This document shows positions 1-9,935 of a stretch of DNA of 64,000 nt, piece by piece; the first letter of the stretch is position 1, and each line of letters starts with the position of its first letter. The stretch comes from an uncultured Chloroflexia bacterium. GTDB taxonomy: Bacteria; Chloroflexota; Limnocylindria; QHBO01. The translations under genes were made by a program, and so were the position numbers. The DNA lies in NCBI GenBank assembly GCA_963828485.1, contig CAWHEV010000006.1, positions 197,842 to 261,841 of the forward strand, given 5' to 3'. The notes beneath the pieces were generated by a model. That model was not told where the DNA came from. It saw only the letters and a program-made list of their open reading frames with translations, and did not search any database.

Positions 1-964
1 CGCGCAGATCATTCACGACCCCGCCCAGGCGGGCGATGACGAGCAGGAAGAGAAGGATGCAGCCTCCGGCAACGGCGGGGATGTCGATCGGCCGTCCGGT
101 GAATCCCTCGATCACGAGCACCGCCGGGGCCATCAGTGACGCTGCGGCGAGCAGGGCCAGGCGCCACGCCGGCAGGGCCGCCTCCCCGACCTCGACCGGC
201 TCGGCCACGCGGCGCATCGACGGATGCAGCGCCGCGCCGCCCCACAGCACCGATGCGATGAGCCAGCCGAGCTCGACGACGTGGCCGGTCTCGTACGTGC
301 CGGACAGCACCATGACCGCGTACGGGAAGTCGGACAGCAGCAGCGCCAGCAGGGCCAGGCTGAGCAGGTTGAGCGCGACCACGCGCCGGCCGGGGACCAG
401 GAACACGCGAACCAGTACGCCGAGCAGGAGGATGTCGATCGCCGGGTAGGCCAGCGCGGTGGCGATCTCGGGGATCGAGGCGAACGGATCGTTCACCAGC
501 GGCTGCATGAGGAAGGTCCAGCTCAGCAGCGCGGCGCCGATGGCGACGATCAGCGCGTCGATGATCCCCGCCCGATCGCCGCCCGGGATCCGACCTCGCA
601 CGAGCGCCAGGAGCGCCAGGCCGATGAGCACCAGGCCGATGAGGTAGAGCGCATCGGCCACCGATGGGAAGGACTCCACGCCGACCTGGGCCATGAGCAG
701 CCACGTCCAGTCGCCGATCGTCGTCAGGGCGAGGCCGGCCGCCAGGACGAACCACGGTCGCGGGTCGGGCGGCCGGTAGCGAAGGACCCCGATGATCACG
801 GCGATCGGCGCCGCCATGCCGGGGATCTGGTAGATCAGATCCTGCGTCTCGGTCGAGAACCCGGCGGCGAAATACGCAGCCACGAAGAGGCCGCCTGCCG
901 CGAGGTAGGCGGCCGTCAACCGGTTGCTCTTGCGGGTGAGTTGAGTCCTGAGCCTGGCGAGCAT
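1..964 (-). CDS. Multi-TM membrane sensor, N-terminal part; probably a GGDEF/EAL or histidine-kinase signalling protein (runs off left edge)
   Basis: Manual translation from ATG at 964: MLARLRTQ...RYRPPDPRPWFVLAAG...FPSVADALYL...IIDALIV...LAYPAIDILLLG...AALHPSM. This is the typical membrane module preceding GGDEF/EAL domains. The catalytic domain lies outside the window, and the ORF is not in the track. Confidence 0.7.
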   Translation of the reverse strand, partial: MLARLRTQLTRKSNRLTAAYLAAGGLFVAAYFAAGFSTETQDLIYQIPGMAAPIAVIIGVLRYRPPDPRPWFVLAAGLALTTIGDWTWLLMAQVGVESFPSVADALYLIGLVLIGLALLALVRGRIPGGDRAGIIDALIVAIGAALLSWTFLMQPLVNDPFASIPEIATALAYPAIDILLLGVLVRVFLVPGRRVVALNLLSLALLALLLSDFPYAVMVLSGTYETGHVVELGWLIASVLWGGAALHPSMRRVAEPVEVGEAALPAWRLALLAAASLMAPAVLVIEGFTGRPIDIPAVAGGCILLFLLVIARLGGVVNDLR

Positions 965-1145
965 GGGCACCTGTATCTGCGGCCGAGTCCCCGACCGGCC
1001 GTCGTGAGCTCAGGGTAGGGAGTGGGTGGAGTTCAGAGCAGTGCCCGAAGGTCCGGGGTTGTCACGGCGATCGGGTCATCCGGTGTGGTTGTGCGCAGCT
1101 GATCGCAGCCCTCTGAACGAAGCCCTGCGGCGCGGACGCCGCAGC

Positions 1146-1188
1146 CGACTGTCAGCGAATATATCGTTAGTGATATATCCCGTGACAC
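1146..1188. repeat. 43-bp imperfect palindrome, copy 1
   Basis: cgactgtcagcgaATATATC-gttagt-GATATATcccgtgacac; near-identical element at 8658-8700. Confidence 0.8.
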
Positions 1189-1243
1189 GGTGGGAGCCGC
1201 GCCATGACGGCCGCCTGGCTGCCGACCCGCCGATGTCCGTTGG

Positions 1244-2184
1244 CTACCGAACCGGGTTATCAGCGACTCGACCGAGCGTCGCCCGGAGGGCGTCATCGAG
1301 CGGTGTCGGCTCGGCTGCGAAGGCGGCTCGGAACCGGGAATCGTCCATCACCCACGGGCGCTCCCACTGGTAGAGCGTGCCGCGCAGCTCGCGGATGCGC
1401 GGCGAGAACAGGCCGGCCATGACCAGCATCGGCCGCGAGATGCGCCCGACCTTCACCGGCCGATCCACCACCGATGCGATCCGGTCGACCCATTGGCGCC
1501 CGGTCATCGGCGGCTGGACGGGCAGGTGCCAGACGCGGCCGTCGGCCTCGTCGCGCTCACCGAGCGTCACGAGCGCGGCCGCGGTGTCGGGCAGGTAGCT
1601 CAGGGAGTGCGGCTGGTCGAGGCTCGGCCAGCCAGCGCGGCTGCTTCCCGGCCGCCACGGCGCCGAACAGCAGCTCGCCGACCGCCGAGTTGACGCGCCC
1701 CGGCCCGTAGTAGTCGGACGAGCGGCCGATCGCGACGCGGATGCGCCCGGCGGCATGCGCCGCCAGGAGCTCATCGGCCATGCGTGCCCGGAGCACGCCC
1801 TTGGCATCGGTGGCCTTCGTTGGCGTGTCCTCGGTCAGCGGCTCCGTCGGACGGCCCGTACATGTAGAGGTTGTCCGCCATGACGAGCTTGGCGCCGGTG
1901 GCCTCGGCCGCCGCGATGACGTTGGCCTGGATCGGCGGGAACTCGATCGGCCAGCGGTGATAGGTCGGGCTCACGCACTGGTAGACGACCGACGCGCCTC
2001 CCACCGCGGCGGCGGTTGCAGCCGGGTCGGCCAGGTCGGCGGCGACGACCTCGACGCTCCCCGCCGCTTCCGCCGGCGTGCGCGAGACGCTTCGAACGCG
2101 GTGTCCGCGTCGAACCAGCTCGGCCACCACGGCCCCGCCGGCGCCGCCGGATCCTCCGAGAACGACGTGCAGTTGATCGGTCAT
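1244..2184 (-). CDS. NAD-dependent epimerase/dehydratase (atypical SDR), two frameshifts
   Basis: VLGGSGGAG Rossmann motif, DNLYMYG, RSSDYYGPG, HSLSYLPD and YQWERPWVMDDSRF are spread over ORFs 1771..2184, 1557..1796 and 1244..1807. Confidence 0.85.
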
Positions 2185-2203
2185 GTCAGGCTCCCATTGC
2201 GTG

Positions 2204-2251
2204 TATCTTGCTGGTGGTAAGATAGGAGCCTATGTTGACACTGTCAAGATG
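2204..2251. promoter_or_regulatory. Two 21-bp palindromic TetR operators in the divergent SDR/TetR spacer
   Basis: TATCTTgctggtggtAAGATA (2204-2224) and tatgTTGACAcTGTCAAgatg (2231-2251, overlapping the TetR ATG). Confidence 0.75.
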
Positions 2252-2872
2252 AAGTCCAAGGCACGCGCCAGCTATCACCACGGCGATCTCCGGGCGACCC
2301 TGCTGCGGGTGGGGCTCGAGCTCGTGGCCGAGCGCGGCATCAACGGCTTCACGCTCCGCGAGGTCGCACGCCGGGCCGGGGTCAGCCACGCCGCTCCGTA
2401 CCACCACTTCGCCGATCGAGGTGCGCTGGTCCGGGCGATCGTGGCCGAGAGCTACACCGAGCTTGCCTCGGCGCTGGAGGCGTCCGCGAGCCGGGGAGGC
2501 GGCGACCCGGTGGCGCGGCTCCAGGCCATGGGCGAGGGGTACGTCGCGTTCGCGCTGGCCAACCCGGACCGCTACCGGCTCATGTTCCGGACCGAGCTCG
2601 CCGGTGACGGCGCCGACACGGAGGAGGTCGATCGCACCGGAGCCGAGGCGTTCGGCGCACTGGTGTCGGCCGTCGAGGAGGCGCACGATGCCGGACTCCT
2701 GGCCGCCGGCATCGACGTCAGCACCGCGGCCGCCGCGTGCTGGACGACGGTGCACGGCGTGTCGTCCCTGCTGCTGGACGGCGCCCTCGGCGTGCCGGCC
2801 GATCAGCCCGAGCGGGGCATCCAGCTGGCGCGGCGGCTGCTCGAGGTGCTGCTGCGCGGACTGACGGTCTGA
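2249..2872 (+). CDS. TetR/AcrR family regulator (WHG-type C-terminus)
   Basis: YHHGDLR...FTLREVARRAGVSHAAPYHHF...WTTVHG. Confidence 0.95.
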   Translation: MKSKARASYHHGDLRATLLRVGLELVAERGINGFTLREVARRAGVSHAAPYHHFADRGALVRAIVAESYTELASALEASASRGGGDPVARLQAMGEGYVAFALANPDRYRLMFRTELAGDGADTEEVDRTGAEAFGALVSAVEEAHDAGLLAAGIDVSTAAAACWTTVHGVSSLLLDGALGVPADQPERGIQLARRLLEVLLRGLTV

Positions 2873-2894
2873 GTGCCGCACCGGTTTGCGCGGG

Positions 2895-3014
2895 GTGGGA
2901 CTAACGGCCAACTTGGAGGCGTAACGAGCCTCAGCGTGGACAGAAGTTGCCGTGAGATGGGCGCGGCGGCCATGACGAGCGTCGGCGGCGGCGCTACGTG
3001 GCCGTTAGTCCCAC
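2895..3014. repeat. 120-bp MITE/REP-like element, copy 1
   Basis: Perfect 16-bp terminal inverted repeats GTGGGACTAACGGCCA / TGGCCGTTAGTCCCAC. Confidence 0.85.
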
Positions 3015-3053
3015 GTGCTGCAAGTCGCGGTCGACGGGGCCGACGTGCGGCGG

Positions 3054-3862
3054 TCAGCGAACGAGGGGCACGCGCGGATCGGCCTCCATGCCCGGCCAGG
3101 CGTCCATGACCGATGCCAGCGCGGGGTCGAACGAGCAGGCCATGGTGCGGATGTCGCCGGCGAGCGCGTTGAGGTAGTAGGCGTCGTCGCCGTGGGTGGC
3201 GACGAACGGGTGGTAGCCGTCGCGCACGATCGATCGTGTCTCGCGTCGCGGACGGCGAACAGGCCCTCCGCCGACGCGCCGTACAGGCGCTGGATCCCCC
3301 ACGCCTCGGGACGTCGGAATCGGTAGTGGTAGACCTCCTCCAGGATCGCCTCGCGTGGCATGTCGTCGGTGTCGTGCTTGTGCGGCGGCCAGGAGCTCCA
3401 GTTGCCCGACGGCGTGTAGACCTCCACGACCTCGAGTCGGTCGGCCGGAAATTGGGGCGTGATGATGTGGTTGACCTGGCGCGTCGCGTTGCCCGCGCCC
3501 CGAACCTCCACGCGCACGTCCTCCGGACCGATGCGAACCGGTGCCTCGGCGCGCGCCCGATGGTGCGGCCAGGCTATTCGTAACCGCGACGGTTACGAAT
3601 TCGCCGACGGCGTCACGCTGGCGGCCACGCCGGACGGGAGGTAGACGGCCGACGGAAGCCCGTCCCAGACCGATTCGCGGCCCGGCACCTCCACATCGCC
3701 GACCCGGAACGCCCCGCCGGCGAGCCCGATCACCGCGGTCTCGACGCCGGGACCGCCGACCGACATCGGTCCGGCCAGGTCGTGGACGGCGAACGACAGG
3801 TAGCGCCAGCCGGCGATCTCGGGATTCACCGGCTCGCCGGGCGCCAGGTGCGGCGAGGTCAC
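3054..3862 (-). CDS. iolB: 5-deoxy-glucuronate isomerase (frameshifted)
   Basis: AGWRYLSF, GRESVWDGLP, RGAGNATRQV, EVYTPSGNWSSWPPHKHD, LEEVYHY, GYHP and YYLNALAG across three frames; GTG overlaps the transaldolase stop. Confidence 0.9.
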
Positions 3863-4929
3863 GCCAGGAGCGCCTCGCCGGCCAGGTGGAGCAGCTCGTG
3901 GTACGAGTCGATGAACGTGCGCAGCGTCTTGACCGACGGACCCCAGGTATCGAACTCCGAGACGTCGAGGCCATCGGGCTCGTAGGCGCGCACGAAGTCG
4001 GGCATGGTCCGCAGCTCGGCGACGTAGTCGGGGTCGACCGGATCCTTCATCCGCCGCCGGACCTCGACCGACGAGGCGTTGAAGCGCTTCTGCCACGACG
4101 ATGGCAGCGTGATGATGACGTCGCCGCCGATGAGCTCCGACCAGTGGAGGTGATGGCGGATCGCGGCTCCCAGGAGGCGGGCGCGGAAGGCTCGCGAGTC
4201 CCAATCGGCGTACGCGCGCTTGAAGACCGCCACGCCTGACCACGGCAGCGCCGAGGGATGCACGGTCAGTCCGTCGCGATCGACGACCCCGCGCAGCCAG
4301 TCCTCGAGCCGCCCCATCATGATCGTGATCACCGGCCCCATGGAGCTGGTGTCATGGCCCTCGGCCTCGCGGCGCGACATGCCCCGATCCACCGCCTCGG
4401 CGGCGGCGAAGGCCTGGGCGACGCTGAAGCTCACCGTGGCGTTGATGCTGATCCCGCGGTACGACGCCTCCTCCATGGCCGCGATGCCCGCGGCCGTGGT
4501 CGGGAACTTCACGATGATGTTCGGCGCCAGCCCGGTGAATCCGAAGGCCTGGGTGACCATCGCCGGGGCGTCGCGGAAGAGCGTGGGATCGGTCTGGACC
4601 GACAGCCGCCCGGCCCGGCCGCCCGAGGCCTCGAACGCGGGCATGAGCAGCGGCGCGGCGCGGACGCTCATCTCGGCCACGATCCCCCATGCCAGCTCGC
4701 GCTCGGAGAGCGTCGGCTGCTCGGCGGCAAGCTCCCGGACCCGCCTCGTCCAGTGCTCGGGATCCTTGCGCCAGTTGTCGACCACGATCGTCGGGTTGGC
4801 GGTGGCACCGACTGCGCCGAAGCCGACGGCGTACGTGAGCTCGTCGACGTTGCAGCTGTCGTTCCAGATGTCGGTCGCCGTCTCGGTGATCGTTCGGCCG
4901 AGAGGCGAATCGGTCAGCGTGGTGGCCAT
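3859..4929 (-). CDS. tal: Transaldolase family protein
   Basis: IWNDS, GATANPTI, SVQTDP, NIIVKFP (Schiff-base Lys), INATVSFS, MMGRLED. Confidence 0.9.
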   Translation of the reverse strand: MATTLTDSPLGRTITETATDIWNDSCNVDELTYAVGFGAVGATANPTIVVDNWRKDPEHWTRRVRELAAEQPTLSERELAWGIVAEMSVRAAPLLMPAFEASGGRAGRLSVQTDPTLFRDAPAMVTQAFGFTGLAPNIIVKFPTTAAGIAAMEEASYRGISINATVSFSVAQAFAAAEAVDRGMSRREAEGHDTSSMGPVITIMMGRLEDWLRGVVDRDGLTVHPSALPWSGVAVFKRAYADWDSRAFRARLLGAAIRHHLHWSELIGGDVIITLPSSWQKRFNASSVEVRRRMKDPVDPDYVAELRTMPDFVRAYEPDGLDVSEFDTWGPSVKTLRTFIDSYHELLHLAGEALLA

Positions 4930-4970
4930 GGCTGAACCGATGGTAACAAGCGGGTCGATAGAATCGGTCC

Positions 4971-6758
4971 ATGCCACCCCAGCGCCTGACGGGCGCCGAG
5001 ATCGTCGTGGAGTTTCTCGCGCGTGCCGGCGTGCGCTTCGCGGCCGGCATCCCCGGACACGGCTGCTGGAACCTGACCGATGCGCTCCTCGACCGCTCCG
5101 ACGAGATCCGCACCGTCCAGGTCATGCACGAGCAGTCGGCGGTCCACCTGGCCGATGGGTTCTACCGCGCCTCGGGTGAGCCGATGCTGGCCTTCACCTC
5201 GATCGGTCCGGGAGCGACGAACACCGTCATCGGCATGGCCACCGCCTACGTCGACTCGACGGCGGTCGCCCTCTTCACCGGCTCGCCGCACACCTACCTG
5301 CGCGGCCGTGGCCTGCTCCAGGAGCTGGATCGGCGCCACGTCGCCGACAACCCGCGCATCTTCGAGCCGGTCGTCAAGGAGTGGTGGCAGCCGTCACGGA
5401 TCGACGAGCTGCCGTTCGTGCTGCACCGCGCCTGGAACTCCATGCTCTCCGGCCGGCCTGGTCCCGTCCTGCTCGACGTGCCGATGGACCTCCAGGCCAC
5501 CGCTGTCGAGGTCGAGCTCCCCGATCTCGAACGCCGCGTGGCCGCGGGCCGACCGCGGCCCGACGCGCAGCTCGTCGAGCGCGCCGCCGCACTGCTGGCC
5601 GATGCGAAGCGACCGGTGATCGTGGCCGGCGGCGGGGTGATCTCGGCCGATGCCACCAGCGAGCTGCAGGCTCTTGCCGAGCGGCTCGGCGCGCCGGTGG
5701 TCACGACGTGGAACGGGAAGGGCGCGATCGACGAGACGCATCCGCTCGCCGGACAGACGATCGGCGACACGGGCTCGACCATCGGCAACGCGCTGGCATC
5801 GTCGGCCGACGTGATCCTCAGCGTCGGCTGCCGCTTCGTCGACTGGTCGACCTCGTCGTGGCGCGCCGGGGTCACCTTCGCGATCCCACCCACGAAGCTC
5901 ATCCAGCTCGAGATCGACGAGCGCGAGATCGGCAAGAGCTACCCGGCCGAGGTGCCCCTGGTCGGCGACGCCCGCGCCGGCCTGCGTGACCTGCTCGATG
6001 CCCTCGGACCCGGACAGCCGGCGGCCGACTACGGCGACGAGATCGAGCGGCTGCGAGCGGCGTGGGATGAGCAGGTCGAGGTGAAGTCCGGGTCGGATGC
6101 CGTCCCGATGACCATGGCGCGCGCGGTGCGCGAGATCCAGGCGGCCACGCGCCCGGACGCCATCGTGGTGACCGGCGCCGGCCTGCCGCAGGGCATGGTG
6201 AAGCAGCGCTGGGTCACCCGCGAGCCGCGCACCCACATCACCTCGGGCGGCTTCAGCACCATGGGCTTCACGCTGCCGGCCGCCATCGGCGCACAGCTGG
6301 CGAAGCCGGACGCCCAGGTGCTGGCCATCTGCGGCGACGGCGACTTTCTCCAGAGCATGCAGGAGCTCGCCGCGGCGGCCATCCTCGGCACGCCGGTGTG
6401 CACGGTCGTCCTCGACAACTCGGGCTGGATGAGCATCAAGGGCGGGCAGCAGGCGCACTTCGGCCGCACGGCGGCCACCGACTTCGTCCGCGACGGCCAG
6501 CCCTACTCGCCGGACTTCGCGGCCATCGGACGAGCGTTCGGCGTGCACACCGAGGCGGCGAGCGAGCCGGCCGAGGTGCGGCCGGCGGTGGAGCGCGCGC
6601 TGGCCTCGGGCGGACCGTCGCTCGTGCACGTGACCGTGGATCGTGAGCTGGCGAACGCCGGTCCGGACAAGACCGGCTGGTGGGACGTGCCGGTCCCCGA
6701 GGGCCGACCGGCCTACGAGGAGCAGCTGCGCGGCCGATCCGAAGAGCAGCTGCGGTGA
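4971..6758 (+). CDS. iolD: Thiamine-pyrophosphate enzyme, IolD-like ring hydrolase
   Basis: GIPGHG, HEQSAVHLADG, TSIGPGATN, GDGDF...DNSG TPP motif, GWWDVPV C-terminus; iol gene context. Confidence 0.75.
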   Translation: MPPQRLTGAEIVVEFLARAGVRFAAGIPGHGCWNLTDALLDRSDEIRTVQVMHEQSAVHLADGFYRASGEPMLAFTSIGPGATNTVIGMATAYVDSTAVALFTGSPHTYLRGRGLLQELDRRHVADNPRIFEPVVKEWWQPSRIDELPFVLHRAWNSMLSGRPGPVLLDVPMDLQATAVEVELPDLERRVAAGRPRPDAQLVERAAALLADAKRPVIVAGGGVISADATSELQALAERLGAPVVTTWNGKGAIDETHPLAGQTIGDTGSTIGNALASSADVILSVGCRFVDWSTSSWRAGVTFAIPPTKLIQLEIDEREIGKSYPAEVPLVGDARAGLRDLLDALGPGQPAADYGDEIERLRAAWDEQVEVKSGSDAVPMTMARAVREIQAATRPDAIVVTGAGLPQGMVKQRWVTREPRTHITSGGFSTMGFTLPAAIGAQLAKPDAQVLAICGDGDFLQSMQELAAAAILGTPVCTVVLDNSGWMSIKGGQQAHFGRTAATDFVRDGQPYSPDFAAIGRAFGVHTEAASEPAEVRPAVERALASGGPSLVHVTVDRELANAGPDKTGWWDVPVPEGRPAYEEQLRGRSEEQLR

Positions 6759-7643
6759 GGGTCTCCATCGGCTGCGTGCCGATCGTGTGGAACAACGTCG
6801 ACCTGCCGGACCTCGGCCCGCCGGTGCCGTACGAGACCATCCTCGACGAGCTGGCGCGCCTCGGCTTCGAGGGCACCCAGTTCGGGCGCGGCTTCCCCAC
6901 CGGCGGCGAGCTGCGGGCCGAGCTTGCGCGGCGCTCCCTGCGCCTGGCGGAGTGGTATCTCAGCCTTCCGGTGACCGATGACGGCCTCGACGCTGCCGCG
7001 GCCGACGTCGCTCGCGAGACACTCGCGCAGCTGGTCGAGGCCGGCGGCGAGGTGCTGTGCGTGGCGGTGGACGGGACGCCGGAGCGCGACGCGCTCAGCG
7101 GACGGATCGACGAGGCGTCGCCCGCGCTGGCCCGACACCGGGTTCGAGCAGCTGGCCGCATTGCTCGACGAGCTGGCTGACGAGGCTCCGGACGGCGTGC
7201 GGGTCGCCTTCCATCCGCACGTCGCCTCGTTCGTCGAGGCGCCTTCCGAGGTCGACGCGCTGGCGGCCGCGCTCAGCGGTGCGGGCGCGGGGCTGTGCCT
7301 GGACGTCGGCCACTACACCGTCGGGGGCGGGGACCCGGTCGAGGCCATTCGGCGCCACGGGCCGCTGATCCGCCACGTGCACGCCAAGGACGTCGATCAA
7401 TCGGTCCTCGAGCGGCTTCGCGCCGGTGAGGTGACCGGCATGTGGGGCGCGATCCGGGCGCGAATCTTCACCGAGCTCGGGAACGGCGCCCTCGACCTCG
7501 GCGGCGTGGTGCGGGCACTCGACGGCATCGGCTACGACGGCTGGATCATGGTCGAGCAGGACTCCTCGTGGCTGCCGCCGGCCGAGGCGTCCGAGATCGG
7601 CGCGCGAGCCCTGCGCGCGGCGCTGGCCGAGCTCGACCGATGA
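6755..7643 (+). CDS. iolE: Inosose dehydratase-like TIM-barrel protein (frameshift near 7130)
   Basis: PIVWNN, FHPHV, CLDVGH, HVHAKD, FTELGNG, WIMVEQD. Confidence 0.8.
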
Positions 7644-8641
7644 AGGTGGCGGTGATCGGCACCGGCACGATGGGCGGGGTGCACGCGCGCCTGCTGGCGA
7701 CGCTGCCCGAGGTCACCGAGGTCCTGGCGGTCGACGCCGATGCGGCGACGGCGGCAACGGTCGCGGCCGAGGTGGGCGGCCGCGTGCTCGGGCACGACGA
7801 GGCCGTCGCGGAGGCCGATGCGATCGTCATCGCCACTCCGGCGCACCTCCACGCCATGACCGTCGAGGCCGCGGTGGCGGCCGGAGTGCCGGCACTGTGC
7901 GAGAAGCCGCTCACCGACGACCTCGCCTCGTCCGCCGCGCTCGTCGAGCTGGTGGAGCGCGCCGGCGCGCACGTCGAGATGGGGTTTCAGCGACGCCACG
8001 AGCCCTCCTTCGCCGAAGCGCGACGCCGCGTCGCGGACGGCTCGGTGGGCCGGCTCCACTCGGTGCGTCTCACCGCCAGCGATCCGCGCGGTCCCGAGCG
8101 ACCCGCTGACGTCTGGGCGGTCACCGAGGCGGCGCCGATCTTCCTCCACTCGTCGGTCCACGACTTCGACGTCGTTCGCTGGCTCACGGGGTCCGAGGTG
8201 GCCGAGGTCTTCGCCACCGGAACCCACCGCGACGGCTCCCTCGCCGAGGATCCCCGCGAGATCGAGACGGCGGCGGTCACGCTCCGCATGGCCGACGGCA
8301 CGCTCGCCACGCTCGACGCGAGCTGGCTGCAACCACGCGGCTACGACGTCCGCGTGGAGCTCCTGGCCGAGCGCGCGTACCTGACCATGGGCCTCTCGCC
8401 GCGGACGCCCGCGGAGCACCTCGACTGGCCCGACGCGTCCAGCGCCGCCACGTGGACGGGCTACCTCGAGCGCTTCACCGATGCGTACCGCGCCGAGCTC
8501 ATCGCCTTCCTTGCCGCGGCGCGCGGCGAGGCTGCGCCGGGCTCGCAGGCGAGGGACGGGCACGAGGCGCTACGGGTCGCCGTCGCTGCCACCCGATCGC
8601 ACGTCGAACGCCGAACGGTGTTGGTCTCAGAGGTGTCCTGA
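7640..8641 (+). CDS. iolG: Gfo/Idh/MocA oxidoreductase, inositol 2-dehydrogenase-like
   Basis: IGTGTMG, CEKP, GFQRR, VHDFD, GYDVRVE, ERFTDAY. Confidence 0.8.
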   Translation: MKVAVIGTGTMGGVHARLLATLPEVTEVLAVDADAATAATVAAEVGGRVLGHDEAVAEADAIVIATPAHLHAMTVEAAVAAGVPALCEKPLTDDLASSAALVELVERAGAHVEMGFQRRHEPSFAEARRRVADGSVGRLHSVRLTASDPRGPERPADVWAVTEAAPIFLHSSVHDFDVVRWLTGSEVAEVFATGTHRDGSLAEDPREIETAAVTLRMADGTLATLDASWLQPRGYDVRVELLAERAYLTMGLSPRTPAEHLDWPDASSAATWTGYLERFTDAYRAELIAFLAAARGEAAPGSQARDGHEALRVAVAATRSHVERRTVLVSEVS

Positions 8642-8657
8642 CGCGGGCGTTGCTCTG

Positions 8658-8700
8658 GTGTCAGCGGTTATATCGTTAGTGATATATCGGCTGACAGTCG
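8658..8700. repeat. 43-bp imperfect palindrome, copy 2
   Basis: gtgtcagcggtTATATC-gttagt-GATATAtcggctgacagtcg. Confidence 0.8.
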
Positions 8701-8792
8701 TCGGCCGAGGCCAAGGGGAGGGCCCCGCCGCCCAAGGAAAGACACGCGGGTCGCCAACGGCCGCATCGGCGAGTCGCGTACCGTTCCCTCGC

Positions 8793-9935
8793 ATGCAGCC
8801 GACCATCCTCGATACCCGGACGCTGAACCGGACGATCCTTGCCCGCCAGGGGCTCCTGCGCCGCGAGCGGAGCGACGTGCATGAAACGGTCGGGCACCTG
8901 GTCGGCATGCAGTCGCAGGTTCCGAGCGACCCGTTCACCGCCCTGTGGAGCCGGATCGAGGCCTTCGACCCCGCCGAGCTCGATCGGCTCATGCTCGAGA
9001 AGCGCGTCGTCAGGACGGGCGCGATGCGCACGACTCTGCACCTGATGACCGCCGATGACGCGGTCGAGCTGGCCCCGCTCTTTGCCGGAGTCATGAAACG
9101 TGCCTTCCACTCGCAGCGCGCCTTCCGCGAGGCCGCCGACGGGATCGACCTCGACGAGGTGCTCGCGGTCGGTACGGCGGCCATCGAAGAGCGGCCGCGG
9201 ACTCCCGCCGAGGTTGGACGCCTCCTCGGCGCGCGCTGGCCGGACCGCGATCCCCAGGCGCTGAGCCTCGCGATCCGCTACTTCGTGCCGATCGTGCAGG
9301 TGACCCCGCGTGGCCTCTGGGGGCAGAAGATGCAGCCCACGATCACGACGGTCGCCTCGTGGTTGGGACGCCCCGTACCGCAGGCCGTCGACCCGGCGCT
9401 CGAGGAGGAGCTCGTGTTCCGCTACCTCCGCGCCTTCGGTCCGGCGAGCGTTGCCGACATGCGCACCTGGTCGTGGCTCACCGGGCTGCGCGCCGTGGTG
9501 GAGCGCGTCCGGCCGCGGCTCCGCATCTTCCGCGACGAGCGCGGGCGCGAGCTCCTGGACGACCCGGACGCACCCATCGCCCGGCCCGACGAGGAGGCGC
9601 CAGTCAGATTCCTGCCCGAGTACGACAACCTGCTCCTGTCGCACGAGGACCGGACGCGCATGGCCGGTCCCTGGTATCGCCAGGTCGTCTACTCGCGCGG
9701 CTCCGTGCTGGTCGACGGCTTCGTCGCCGCCGGCTGGTACGTGACCCGCTCCAAGGGCGCCGCCACCCTGACCGTCGACCTGTTCACCGATCCCTCGGCG
9801 GCGGATCGCGCCGCCATCGAGGCGGAGGCCGCTCTGCTGCTGGCATTCATCGGCGCCGAGGCCCCGAATCGCGAGGTCGTCCTCTCGCGCTGGGACGGCG
9901 AGGTGGCTCAGCCACGGGGAGCTGGAGCTCGGTGA
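8793..9935 (+). CDS. AlkZ/YcaQ-like winged-helix DNA glycosylase (HTH_42)
   Basis: LNRTILARQGLL, GMQSQ (QxQ motif), LWSRI, MRTTLH, YLRAFGPAS, RFLPEYDNLLL. Confidence 0.85.
   Translation: MQPTILDTRTLNRTILARQGLLRRERSDVHETVGHLVGMQSQVPSDPFTALWSRIEAFDPAELDRLMLEKRVVRTGAMRTTLHLMTADDAVELAPLFAGVMKRAFHSQRAFREAADGIDLDEVLAVGTAAIEERPRTPAEVGRLLGARWPDRDPQALSLAIRYFVPIVQVTPRGLWGQKMQPTITTVASWLGRPVPQAVDPALEEELVFRYLRAFGPASVADMRTWSWLTGLRAVVERVRPRLRIFRDERGRELLDDPDAPIARPDEEAPVRFLPEYDNLLLSHEDRTRMAGPWYRQVVYSRGSVLVDGFVAAGWYVTRSKGAATLTVDLFTDPSAADRAAIEAEAALLLAFIGAEAPNREVVLSRWDGEVAQPRGAGAR

Noticed and set aside
9847-9935. 89-bp convergent overlap of the alkZ-like and merR genes
   Set aside because: The tails are low-information and could result from one indel; not supportable as functional.
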